Below are positions 1 to 13,200 of a DNA stretch of 64,000 nucleotides, one piece after another (positions within the stretch are counted from its first letter, which is position 1; each line of letters opens with the position of its first letter). A program made the position numbers and the translations under genes. The stretch is from the NCBI GenBank assembly GCA_964658305.1, contig OZ210885.1:2232001-2296000 (forward strand), given 5' to 3'. The DNA is from Leptogorgia sarmentosa (Eukaryota). The notes under the pieces were generated by a model. It worked only from the letters and a program-made list of their open reading frames with translations, searched no databases and was not told the DNA's origin.

Positions 1-204
1 GTAAATAAACTGCGATCACTGTCCGAACAGCGTTTTGAAGGATGGGAGTTACTGAAAACACAGAGTGCAATAGTACGAATACTATTGCACTCTCCAGAGT
101 GCAATAGTATTCGTACTATTGCACTCTTGGGAAATGGAACTTTCTATTCAATATCACGTGACCGTAATTAACCAATCAAACGACCTGAATGTAATGAGGT
201 ATTA

Positions 205-684
205 TATAATATACAAATAATGAATGTTTACGAGTGCAATGGTAAGAATATTTTCATGAGGTGAAAGATGGAATGTTCTATTCAACGAGGCGATAGCCGA
301 GTTGAATGGAACATTCCATCTTTCACCGAATGAAAATATTCTTACCATTGCACGAATAAAAACATTCATTATTTGTTTCATATAATACCAAAATAACAAA
401 AGGTTTATTGCAAGCTTCCGCCATTTTGGTGTATTTTGACAACATAAATCGCATTTACCTGACGTCGAGAATTGGGGGTAAATAAACTGCGATCACTGTC
501 CGAAGAGCGTTTTGAAGGATGGGAGTTACTGAAAACACAGAGTGCAATAGTACGAATACTATTGCACTCTCCAGAGTGCAATAGTATTCGTACTATTGCA
601 CTCTTGGGAAATGGAACTTTCTATTCAATATCACGTGACCATAATTAACCAATCAAACGACCCGAATGTAATGAGGTATTATAT
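205..684. mobile_element. ~480-bp palindrome-terminated non-autonomous element, preceded by the tail of a head-to-tail copy (1-205)
   Basis: ~205-385 is a long imperfect palindrome with apex cgaggcgatagccgag. ATATAATACC (380-389) and GGTATTATAT (675-684) are inverted. 1-205 is nearly identical to 479-684. Confidence 0.7.
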
Positions 685-696
685 AAACAAGAATAT

Positions 697-1283
697 AACA
701 ATAACATGACTCGCTACCGCTTAAAACAAGGCGAAAAAATCAACGTCTTACGAACAAACTTCGCTAAAAAATTGCAGCCCCTACTTCTAGGATAGTATTA
801 GCAAATATGTACAACGTTTTTTGGCAACAAAACGTGTGGAAAAGTCGAAAAAAAACAAAAAGTTCCTTTCAATTTGCCGTGTCTCGATGCTGGATGCCTG
901 TTGCCGTGCAAAAATTGCCGTTTGAAATAACGAATAGGCGATCCTATTGGTTATAAATAAACCGACAAAACAGCCCACCAATGGGTCGCGTATTCGTTAT
1001 TTTTGCACGGCAATTTTTGCACGGCAACAGGCATCCAGCATGGAGACACGGCAAATTTATAAGAGAATTAAGAGAAACTTTTCGGGGGTTTTCCGACTTT
1101 TTCACACGTTTTGTTGGCAAAAAACGTTGCACATATATTTACCCTACTTCTAGGATAGTTGTAATACTATTCTAGAAGTATAGGGGTTGCTATTTTTTCG
1201 CAAAGTTTGTTCGCAATTAAGAGGTTGATTTTTTCGACTTGTTTTAAGCGTTAGCGAGTCATTATTGTTTACTTGCCAACCTT
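697..1283. mobile_element. Foldback/MITE-like element with ~270-bp imperfect inverted arms
   Basis: acaataacatgactcgctaccgcttaaaacaag... mirrors ...cttgttttaagcgttagcgagtcattattgt. A partial arm recurs at ~8460-8730. Confidence 0.7.
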
Positions 1284-1334
1284 ATAATACTATACTATAA
1301 TACTACGTCATCGCGTGCGTTGGGCTACCTATGA

Positions 1335-2000
1335 TATGATCAAACGCCAAGTGTTTTAGAACTGTTTTGAACGAATGCCAAATTAATGTAGTGAGTGCAA
1401 AATAAATTTATCTATAATTGTAGTATCACAGGAATTGGGGAGGCGCATTGGAATGAAAGTGCGTTTGTAGTGATTTTTGAATATCATCAAACGCCAAGTG
1501 TTCTAGAACTGTTTTGAACGAATGCCGATGTAGTGAGTGCAAGATAAATTTATCTATAATTGTAGTATCACAGGAATTGGGTGAGGTTTCCTGTTGTTAG
1601 GGTTAGGGTTTTTCTACATCAATACTTGAAGCACGGCGTAGGTGTTCTTAATTGTGATTGGAATGAAAGTGGATTTTTGAATATGATCCAACGCCAAGTG
1701 TTTTAGAACTGTTTTGAACGAATGCCAGTGTACTGAGTGCAAGATAAATTTATCTATAATTGTAGTATCACAGGAATTGGGTGAGGTCTCCTGTTGCGCC
1801 ATTACGTCATAGCTGCCGTTTGAATTGAAGAGGCCAACAACAAACCAGCCTCTGTTGATGTATTCATTATTGTTGGGATATGATACACCTATATATTTAC
1901 ATTTTTTAGACTCATTTATTTAATTATTTTACAATTTTAGTTGCGATCGCCGATGTTTCTCTCTCGGATAGATATGCAGACACTGACAGGTGGAATGCAG
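1335..2000. repeat. Three local copies of a ~110-180-bp unit plus flank, repeated directly at ~14488-15075
   Basis: aacgccaagtgttttagaactgttttgaacgaatgcc occurs at ~1343, ~1490, ~1691 and ~14562; tgaattgaagaggccaacaac at 1820 and ~14909. Confidence 0.8.
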
Positions 2001-4201
2001 TTTGTTTTTTGCAAATGATTTTTTGGTTTTTCTTCCTGTTTTTATATTCTGATATCATTTGCTGCCTTCGCGACGACTGAAGAGGTGGCCTTTTTGTCTT
2101 AATTTGGTCAAAAAAAATTTCGGCTTTTAGTAAAAAAACAAAGAGGAAAAATCGTCGTCGGAAACACGAGACCGCTGTTGGTCAGTAGAAATTATATGAG
2201 AAATAAGAACCAGTGGCGTCAGCAACGGTAAAATCCGCCATGTTTTGGCTTCAATTCGTTGTATGGGAAGATTCCAATGCACTCTCCAGTAATTCTTTAG
2301 CTCAGTGAATCAAAATGCCCAAATGATAAATTTCACTAGTGATAAAAATTATATTACCATGCAATCAGAACGCTCATAGCAAAAGAAAACTTTGTAGCAT
2401 ATTTGTATCACGAGCAGAAAACTGAGCCACGTTCGTTTGAGGCGAACTTGGTGCAAATTAAGGTGACAATTAACTTCAAGGCCCTTTACACCAGGGGCAT
2501 CGCTAGAGGGGGGATGTGCATGGGGGGGGGGACACGCCCCAATCTTCACGGACTCGTCAAATTTCGGCTTCAGAGCATAGTAGAACGTAGAAGCTCTTGA
2601 TATCTTAGCGCGCTACTCTAAGCTTAAACTAAGTTAACTAACTAAAAGCCAATTAATAGGCCTTGGCTAAAGAATTAGCAAACAATTATTGTAAATATCC
2701 GGATTTACAGTTATACTTTGGGTGGTTTAAATGCGAATAAACTATATAACACTATTTGCGATATTTCAGGTTACGCCATCAACTTCAAGAAAGAATTCCA
2801 ACAGCCAAACTCAAGCAGTGGATGATAATTAATAATATTATACCTTGGAGAATGACACGTTCAGGGGAGCAGAAACATCAGTTCAAAGTAAATACGAACT
2901 GCATGGTATTTTAGAATGCGCTTTATGATCATATCGCTCCATAAACATGATAAACATGATAGGATCTAATGTTATTTTGCACTAGGCAAACAAAGCAACC
3001 AATGAATTTAACTTCATTTAAATTAAATTATTTCCACGCAGTCCTGATGAAATTGCCGAGGGCGTCGACATCTCCACTTTTTAAATTTAGCTGATGAAAT
3101 AGGTAGACCAAAGTTACAATACCATTTCAATTTTCAAGATAATCTTCGATTCTTTGCAACAATTCATGGATACCGTGAATGTTCATTCATTCGCAAACCG
3201 ATGCAGTGGCGACGGCAAGAGTGGGGGGGGGGAAGGGGCGCGGTATTGTATTCTATTTCAGATAGCCCATAATTTTTCATAGCGGGTATATGGACCTCTT
3301 TAGCATGGCCGATTTCGCAAAATTTGGATTTACCCCCTCCCCCCAATAAAACCATGGCCACGCCAATGAACCTATACTGTTTTAAATAATGCTAAAATTG
3401 AAACACTCAAGGCACAAAGAGTAAAGGCAAAAAAGAAAAAATGTTTGAAAACTGTTTCGGTGACCTACTAACTATGAAGGTGGAGTGTTGAACTACAGTC
3501 TCTGTCAGAGCTCTAGTTAAATACGTTTGCCAGCTTTGGTAGACCAAGAACATACAATATGAAAATGAACTTAATGTATAACTTTAGTGAAAATTTTCCT
3601 CCAGAAAATATTCTATAAGAGAAAGCAAATCGCTTTTAAATTTTAAAAGAAATATCTCCCAACATGTTGCCTGTAAATAGTATTATAGTTATAGCGTAGC
3701 CTAAAATACTTGAATATTTTTGTCCTTAATATTTTTAATCGTAATAATTTATACTGTTATATAATAAATACAACTCGTTGTGAAATCAATCTTTGCTGGT
3801 AATTTTCCCGTGGGTAAACAAATTATCATTACTGTTATCATATTTATCAACCAAAAACGCTACTCATATACCAGGGCAAAACGATTTTTAACAATTTTGT
3901 GCAGCGTAGTGATATAGACGCGATAACTTTCTGTGACTTATTACATCAATGTAATCAAATTTCTTATTCTTTGACTAGTTAAATAAAATCAACAGATTAA
4001 TAGGTTATTTAGAATTTAATCCAAACCTCAGACAAAAATTACACATTATGTACCTAATTAAACCATTTTTTACATCTACCACTATTTCTCTAAAAACATT
4101 TACCCGTCAAAATTACTTGTTCACTAAATCTACATTTACTTTGACACATACTGTAAACCTAGCAATTAATGTGGTGAAAGGCAAACAATAAAAAAGGCTT
4201 T

Positions 4202-7200
4202 TCATGCGATTTCCAAGTATTTCCATGTTATATTTAGTATTCCGATAATCATCCCAATGAGCACGTGCAAGCTCGGAGCAATCATTTTATGTCCTTTTGC
4301 TGTAGGATTTGCATGATTTGTGATAGTAGAGTCACGGTACTCGTATGTCAGGGTATCACCATTTTTTGGCTTGAGCGAATCAGCTCCGACAGGAGAGAGT
4401 TTGCCATTTAGATAGATAAACCAGTAAAAATTTGTTGTTTTGTTTTCTTCGACGCAACAAATAGTTGTGATGTAGCGGCCAATACTGAATGTCGTGTAAT
4501 TAAAGATATAGCATGGGTTGACCTGAGCGGCAAGTTGAAGAAATTCAAAAGCTGTCGTTCCGTTTGCGGCAACCACTTGTTCCGCAGGAAGAACATTTGG
4601 GTCAGGATAATTGGTAAAAGTTAGCTTGACTGAGACGGAAATCTGAAAAATAAACAAGTAAATATTATGAAAATTATCGTAAAATTACACACGAAAGCAA
4701 CTTTTTTATATTTTGTCACAGGACAAAAAAGATAAGCGTTTTGGGGCATACAATAATTATTTTGTAATTATTAGTGTCGCTGGGGGTGATCGCGAAATCT
4801 CAAGTGGGAAAGGTTTGCAATTTATCAATGGATCATTCCCCATCAAACAAACCCCTAAATTTGGAAAATTAATTGCTAATCATTAGCACAGCTGGAAAAA
4901 GCATCCTAAATTTAGCAAAACTGTGACGTTTCGTTACCACAAGGTCTAGCTCTAAACCTTTTTACAACTAACTGCTGCATTTAATTATTCATTAGCTACC
5001 GAAACAAATGGACCATCCCTCTATAGGAATTCATATTGTTGAATTTGGAAAATTCCTTAGCACAGCCAGAAAGACAGGAGCTAGAGAATCACAGATTTAA
5101 TGAAATTGGGTTGCCAAATATCGTAAAATTTGTGAAATAAAGTCATGTGAAGTTGCCAAAATTATGATAACGCTTCGATTGAATATTATGGTAACATTTC
5201 GACAAAGAATCAGATTTGAAAACATTTAATCGCCCATTCAGAAATTTTTGCTCACAACACCGCTCCTCGCTGTAAGCAATCTTCCCTTTTAGCACGCTAT
5301 CGTCTGTAGGTTTGCGTTTATTCTACCAACAGTCTTTCCAGTTCTCTGCCTTGCGGACGCTCATTTCTTTACGTTGCTCGTTTAGACAAAGTAAATCTTG
5401 TACAAAATAACCAGGCTCGGGAAGAGACTTGGTGAGAACTTACTGTCTCATTTCCACCATGATTTCCTTCCATTCCTTTTGCATTATTGGTTTGTACTCC
5501 TGATTAAAATTTTATAAAGAGATAATAATTAGTCAAACATGGCGGAAGCTGTAGAACGCGTGCTGATGATTGTATTCTTTAATTTGCTAGGCTCGGTCAT
5601 TTCTATCTTCTGTATAATATATCATTTATATATACCCTCCGCTCGGGTGACTCGACGCAATATTACCGAAGATCATGGTATTTCCTCGGACTTCGTCCTC
5701 GTGATCTTCGGGTAATATTTCGTCGAATCACCCGAGCGGAGGGTATATAATTCAGGATTTTACATTTATACAAAATTTTGCATTTATTCGATAAATTTAA
5801 AATGTTGTTGATGTTAGAATGTTGTATAGTTTTTGTATCTGCGAACGCAGATACTATGCTATGACCCTGTTAGCTGTTAGCTGTTAGCTGTTAGCTGTTA
5901 GCTTCTAGCCAATCAGCGACGAGCTTTTGCTTATAATTACGTAATGCAAGATGGCGGCGTTCGAGGAGTGAAGGCGATGTTCGATCGGATTTTTGCGAAA
6001 ATGTGAAGTGCAGTGTTTAAGTACGACGCTTTAAGCAAACAATCTTGACTTTGCAGGTCCCTGTCAATGTGCAGTTGTAATTTAACAAAGGATTTGAAAT
6101 GGCAGCGTGCTGTTTTATCGGCCTTTCGATTTGTAAATTGAAAATGCGTACAGAGCACACTGTCCAGATGGCCGACCCATGAACGGTTTTGTCACAGCAC
6201 GCTATATAAAAACTGGATACATTCTGTTGAAGTAGCCTGTTCGCAGGTTAAATCTAATCATATTCAAGATGGCGGTCAAAATTGAAATAAGGCCAAAACA
6301 CGATATAATTAAATAATTTAATGACATTTACATGTAATATTAGGTAATCCCACGATATTCAGTATAAAGCCATAGTTTTATGCATATTGGAGGCGAAAGA
6401 GGTCGAAGGAGGAAGGTGAGAAATGCTGTATATGAGAACAAGTCAACACTAACTAAACATCGCTTATTTAATAAGACAGCATGCTGATTTAGGAAATCTG
6501 TTTGAGTATAGTTCTAGGTTTAAATGTTTTGTGCGTTAGGCTTTGGGGTTCAATTAGTTTCATATTTAGGGTTAGCTTTAGATTAGGTTCATTTATTGCT
6601 TGCAAACCAATACTTTAGCGGCAGATTTAAGCGCAACCTGGACTTTTTCGCATGTCCGATTGCGCTTTCCGACGACTCATCCGTCAGTTCTGCTTCACCA
6701 TTCGCAGATACATGTGCGCTTTGCGAACCTATTTTTGTATCTGCGAACGCAGATACTATGCTATGACCCTGTTAGCTGTTAGCTTCTAGCCAATCAGCGA
6801 CGAGCTTTTGCTTATAATTACGTAATGCAAGATGGCGGCCTTCGAGGAGTGAAGGCGATGTTTCGATGGGATTTTTGCGAAAATGTGAAGTGCAGTGTTT
6901 AAGTACGACGGTTTAAGCAAACAATCTTGACTTTGCAGGTCCCTGTCAATGTCCAGTTGTAATTTAACAAAGCATTTGAAACGGCAGCGCGCTGTTTTAT
7001 CGGCCTTTCGATTTGTAAATTGAAAATGCGTACAGAGCATTGTACAGATGACCCACTCATGAACGGTTTTGTCACAGCACGCTATATAAAAACTGGATAC
7101 ATTTTGTTGTTCCTGTTCGCAGGTTAAATCTAATCATATTCAAGATGGCGGTCAAAATTGAAATAAGGCCAAAACGATATAATTAAATAATTTAATGACA

Positions 7201-10200
7201 TTTACATGTAATATTAGGCAATCTCACGATATTCAGTATAAAGCCATAGTTTTATACATATTGGAGGCACAAAGAAAGTTTTTTCCCAAGGAATTTCCTC
7301 GTATTTTTTACGAAAGAGTCGAAGGAGGAAGGTGAGAAATGCTGTATATGAGAACAGTCAACACTAACTTAACATCGCATATTTGATAAGACAGCATGCT
7401 GATTTAGGAAATCTGTTTGAGTATAGTTCTAGGTTTTAATGTTTTGTGCGTTAGCTTTGGGGTTCGATTAGTTTCATATTTAGGGTTAGCTTTAGTTTAG
7501 GTTCATTTATTGCTTGCAATTAAACCAATACTTTAGCGATAGATTTAAGCGCAACCTGGACTTTTTAGCATTGCGCTTTCCGACGACTCATCCGTCAGTT
7601 CTGCTTCACCATTCACAGATACATGTGCGCTTTGCGAACCTATTTTTGTATCTGCGAACGCAGATACTATGCTATGACCCTGTTAGCTGTTAGCTGATAG
7701 CTTCTAGCCAATCAGCGACGAGCTTTTGCTTATAATTACGTAATGCAAGATGGCGGCGTTCGAGGAGTGAAGGCGATGTTCGATCGGATTTTTGCGAAAA
7801 TGTGAAGTGCAGTGTTTAAGTACGACGGTTTAAGCAAACAATCTTGACTTTGCAGGTCCGTGTCAATGTGCAGTTGTAATTCAACAAAGCATTTGAAACG
7901 GCAGCGTGCTGTTTTATCGGCATTTCGATTTGTAAATTGAAAATGCGTACAGAGCACACTGTCCAGATGGCCGACCCATGAACGGTTTTGTCACAGCACG
8001 CTATATAAAAACTGGATACATTCTGTTGAAGTAGCCTGTTCGCAGGTTAAATCTAATCATATTCAAGATGGCGGTCAAAATTGAAATAAGGCCAAAACAG
8101 TGAACTCTATATATATATATATCTGGAACGATAACATTCAGTCATTCAATGCGAAAAACGTGAAGCCTCGGTACTAGTCTTTTACGCGGTTTGGACGTCA
8201 GTCTCAGTCCCTCAAACGTCAAGTTTACGCGGTTTGGACGTCAGTTTCATTCCCCCTCTGCAAACCGTTACGCGGCCAGTATAAATGCGAATGCAATCAA
8301 GAAAAAAACATTTAAAAAATATCGCCAACGCAATGCAATACATTGCAGGAACAAACTGTTTTGCTCCTAAAATTTATCGCATTGCGTTCGCTGTCAGAAA
8401 AAGAAAGATAACCGATTCAGACGGTTTTTCTTTGTAAACCATAGCAGTATTTATTAGTATATAAGGTTGGCAAGTAAACAATAATGTGACTTACTACGGC
8501 TTACTAAAACAAGTCGAAAAAATCAACGTCTTGCCAACAAACGTCGCTAAAAAATAGCAGCCCCTACTTCTAGGATAGTGTTACTAAATACATACAACGT
8601 TGAACGTTTTTTGGCAACAAAACGAGTGAAAAAGTCGAGAAAATACGAAAAATTTCTTTCAATTTGCCGTGTCTCGATGCTGGATGCCTTCTGACATCGC
8701 TGACGCGATCTTTTGTCGGTTTATTTATAACGAAGACAATGACGAAGACAATGACGAACACTTCTGTCGTGATACTTTTGTTGGCTTCACTTTTCGCTCT
8801 ATGTTATCGTTCCAGATATAATATATAGAGTTCACTGGGCCAAAACGATATAATTAAATAATTTAATGACATTTACATGTAATATTAGGTAATCCCACGA
8901 TATTCAGTATAAAGCCATAGTTTTATGCATATTGGAGGCACAAAGAAAGTTTTTTCCCAAGGAATTTCCTCGTATTTTTCACGAAAGAGTCGAGGAGGAA
9001 GGTGAGAAATGCTGTATATGAGAACAGTCAACTAACTAAACATCGCATATTTGATAAGACAGCATGCTGATTTAGGAAATCTGTTTGAGTATAGTCCTAG
9101 GTTTTAATGTTTTGTGCGTTAGGCTGTTAGCTTTGGGGTTCGATTAGTTTCATATTTAGGGTTAGCTTTAGTTCAGGTTCATTTATTGCTTGCAAACCAA
9201 TACTTTAGCGGTAGATTTAAGCGCAACCAGGACTTTTTAGCATGTCCGATTGCGCTTTCCGACGACTCATCCGTCAGTTCTGCTTCACCATTCGCAGATA
9301 CATGTGCGCTTTGCGAACCTATTTTTGTAGACGCTCCTGCAATTTAAGTAGCTGCACTATTGCTGTTGCTTCTTATTAAATTAAAATAACTGTGATGTCA
9401 TGTTGAATAATTAATTTGAACATGCTCATATCTATAGCTAACTGATAATAGTATTCTTAAACCAGCAGAATACCTCCTTTTTCTAGAAATCTGTTACTTT
9501 AAAATTAGATTAAGATAGTTTGAAAGAAAGTACTAATATTTCAATTTGAACCAAATATTAAAAAATTAATGCAGAGTCGTTTTGGGGGAGGGAGTATATT
9601 CATATATTCATGTTCTACTCGAGAAATTCTATTGAATTTAATTCAAAAACAACTGATTTCAAAACAAATCAGTCTGGCAGAATACATAAATATACACGCC
9701 CCCGCTGATTAACGCACTAGCTTCGTCCCAGCTCGCGTAAAAATTATGATTTGTTCAAGGTTGTTGAAAACAGGATGCATGTACAGTGTAATTGTGCTGC
9801 CTACATTTTTATTATTTGTTAACATTATTGTCCATAATTGTTACGCGTGAATGAATTAGGTAACAAATCTACTCAAAATTTCATTACGCGTGTACTCGAA
9901 TTTTAGAAATTTTCATGAGTATTCCAACGATGAACGTAGCATGGTCACTAATTTTGTTAAACAAACCTGCTTGCGACGTCTCTGTATGATTATCATCAGT
10001 AGAGTTGTAGAACCGATACTCAAACCTGAGGACATCTCCATTGTTTGGTATAAGAGAATCCACTCCAACTGTTGCAGGCGTGTTATTGATGTAGATGAAC
10101 CAATAGAAATCAGATGTCTTGTTCTGTGTAACACAGCATATCGTTGTGATATAACGACCAAGACTTGGATACGTTATATACTCAGAAAGATAGCATGGAT

Positions 10201-13200
10201 TTTGTTGAGAAGCCAGTTGAAGAAAATCGAAGGCAGTAGATCCTGATGCAGCAGTGATGTTCAGTGCTGGTATGACATCCTCGTTTGTAAGATCACTGAA
10301 ACTAAGTTGTACAGTGACTGAAATCAGAGCCTGGAAGAAGAAACATAAATGGTTAGGTATGTTTTTGTCAAAGGTCTCAATGTTGCCGCAAAACATCCTT
10401 TCCACAATTGGATTCATACATTCTTTATTTTCACCTAACTGCATCTTTTTTTACTGCAAGCGGAGGGCTGTTTGTACTAATCAGAAATTTTGATCATGTT
10501 TGTTGCTATAGTTATCAATGATATTCCCCATTGCACTGTTTCATTGAAAGATTTCAAGTTGGATGTTCAAAACGTGGGAGAAGAATGCCTGTAAGATGTC
10601 CTGCCCGAAAATTTCGAATTATATATATTACATGATATACATGCATAATAGTATCATGAGACTTTTCATAACAGCGATATGCTCTCGCATCCCTTGCAAT
10701 ATATGTATAGCTACGCTAAATAGACTTATTATCATTATGTCTAACTTACCCTTCGATTCCTCCCTGAAAATAAAAAACAAGAATGAAATCAGTCAATGTC
10801 TTAGTTAGAACATTTTTTATTGAGATCAATTTTCATGCATGGTATATGTTTCCATGCACATTTTTTTCTTTTGGTATTCGTTATTTCCCAATTGGCACCC
10901 CGCAAAGCATCTACGGATTACTTGGAGGGACAGCACAGAGATGGAAAGAAACTTCGAGAGTAATAAATGAAAGAAGAAATTCATAATATTCTTCACTATC
11001 TCTAACAAAACACCTCAAAAGCATTTTTAGCACTATATTAGTTCTATGCCTAAATCCTAATCCAAATAATCCTACATACATTGCGGACTTGATACCAAAA
11101 TGACAAGTGCATTACTGACCACGAAATTGTCAGTATTTTGGCCCATAATGTCATGATGAAGGCCAAGGATGAAATATACCTGGCCATTCTTATCATAGAG
11201 TCACCGACCTTCGAGGATTTTCCCCGCGAGAATGTTAAAATGTCATATTTCAGGCATTTCCTCTGTATGATGTTAATACTTAATTTTTCGTTTACGATAT
11301 AAACGTAGCTAAGCACTTGCGTTTTTGTGAGACGAAAATTTTATTTCGAATGTATTAGTATAAGAAATTTCACGGTTCGAGAAGTATTAATGAAAAATTG
11401 TACGCGTGTTTGGCGAAATAATAATTAATATCAAACAAATCAAAATCCATCGTAAATTTATACAAGAACCAAAATTTTACTGTAGTTTTGCTTGTTTTTA
11501 AATTTACCCCTCGCATATCGTGGGCTCGAAACCGTGGTATTTAATTTGAAAAATGAATTTCACACCTGTGCAATTAATATTTCATTCGCACAGTTGTTGA
11601 AGCTTTTTAGCCAATCAGCGTCCAGGAAATTGACAGCAATGATAACATTCGTTGGGGCAAAGTTTGGTTTTATCTTCATAGTTTGACACTTACACTGCAT
11701 GAGATTAAGTTTGAGGATTGTAAATATTGAAACAAATGAGTTGAAGCTGTGATTTTGCGGGTTTTTGTAAACATGAACTCTGAAGCCGATGTCAGTCGTC
11801 AAGTTTGAATCATAATTATTGTTGCTTGGCTTTAAAATTAAATACTTTTGCAGATACGATTTTCATCCGAAAAGCGGCGAAGCCTTGCATTTTTAATTCG
11901 AGTTCATCGCAATACATTGTAGTCTATTCAGGGTATGTATTTCCTTAATATGCTTTGATTAGAGCCTGGAGAAAAACGATAAAAAATAAATAAGTCATAA
12001 ATATTGTCGCTTTGTTTTTTGGGTTTTTTTTGCATTAGCCTCTCCGACACTCGACAGGTCTGATGATAATCCACCACCCCTATAGGAATCACAAGAATAT
12101 TTAGAAACCAAACATTGCAATTATGGCTACTATACTTTATTTGGGATGCTTTGTAAAGATGTGGTTATCGAAAATTTCTTGTTTTATCATTCAATTTGTC
12201 TGAAAGTTTGAAGGCTCATATTCTTCGATCTATTACAATATGTTTGACGCGAAACCGGGATTCCTGCATCATATTCTCCATAATTATACCTACACATATT
12301 TTTTCATTTTCACGGAATTTTCGGAATATCCGGGAAAAGCATTACCGTGAATTACAGACATTTACCCAAACTATTGAAGCTTCCGCCTGTTGTTTGTACT
12401 AATCGTCACGAGACAATCAGGAAAATTCATCGAAAACATCGATCTACGCACGGGCATGCTCAAAGCAAAGTCAACAACGATAACATATCCCTTCATCAGG
12501 CAATCAAGGTTATATGGAACCCCTTCAATAATGGTTTGATTAATTTAGCAAAAATACCATAGATAGCCATATGACAATGACCCTTTCATGAGCAAAGACA
12601 AAGATATTGATACGTAAGTATCTCCATGACGCATTCTACCTTTGTTGTTCTATTCACTATAATCACACTTCACAGACAAAGTGTAATTTAAGACGACCCG
12701 CCACAGTTATGTTAAATTATGACTTGTTGTTTTATAAACACAGTTATCATGTTATAATATTGTTGTTTTATCAAATATAAGCTTGTTTTCGACCGAATCA
12801 TTTGAAGTTATATGAGGGCGCAGTTAAACAAAAAACAGCCGTTTTTTACTGCGCCTTGGTTGCCTGAAATAGGAATCTGTTGTTTTGGTATGTTTGCTTG
12901 GAGTATTATTCCATCAGTAGCTACGACTTTATGAGATAATGTCACAACTAATGCTTGGGTAAAACTAGCAACCAAGAATTTTCAAATTACATATATACTT
13001 AATATTAAATAATATGCAGAATTTCATTTAAGTTCCATACTGAGTGATGTGATAGCTACATTTTATGATTTTAATTAATTCATAACTTAAGCCACTAAGC
13101 TAGAATTCTCAGTGCAACTTGACATGCCATCAAGCAATTTAGAATAGAGTTTTTATAGGTATCTAGATTAAGTTTGATCGCGTAGATCAAGTATAATATA

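Noticed and set aside
1597..1610. TTAGGG telomeric repeat
   Set aside because: Only two units; similar short runs occur inside dispersed repeats.
5937..7957. Three similar ORFs MLCTHFQFTNR...
   Set aside because: Products of the tandem non-coding HINE units; frames are not conserved between copies.
10826..11175. Hydrophobic ORFs as alternative signal-peptide exons of the B12-binding-like gene
   Set aside because: No convincing phase-1 donor matching the micro-exon; the 13296-13422 exon fits better. Not fully excluded.
11880..11965. Acceptor ttctccag|GCTCTAATC resembling the beta1 exon start
   Set aside because: All three frames hit stops within a few codons.
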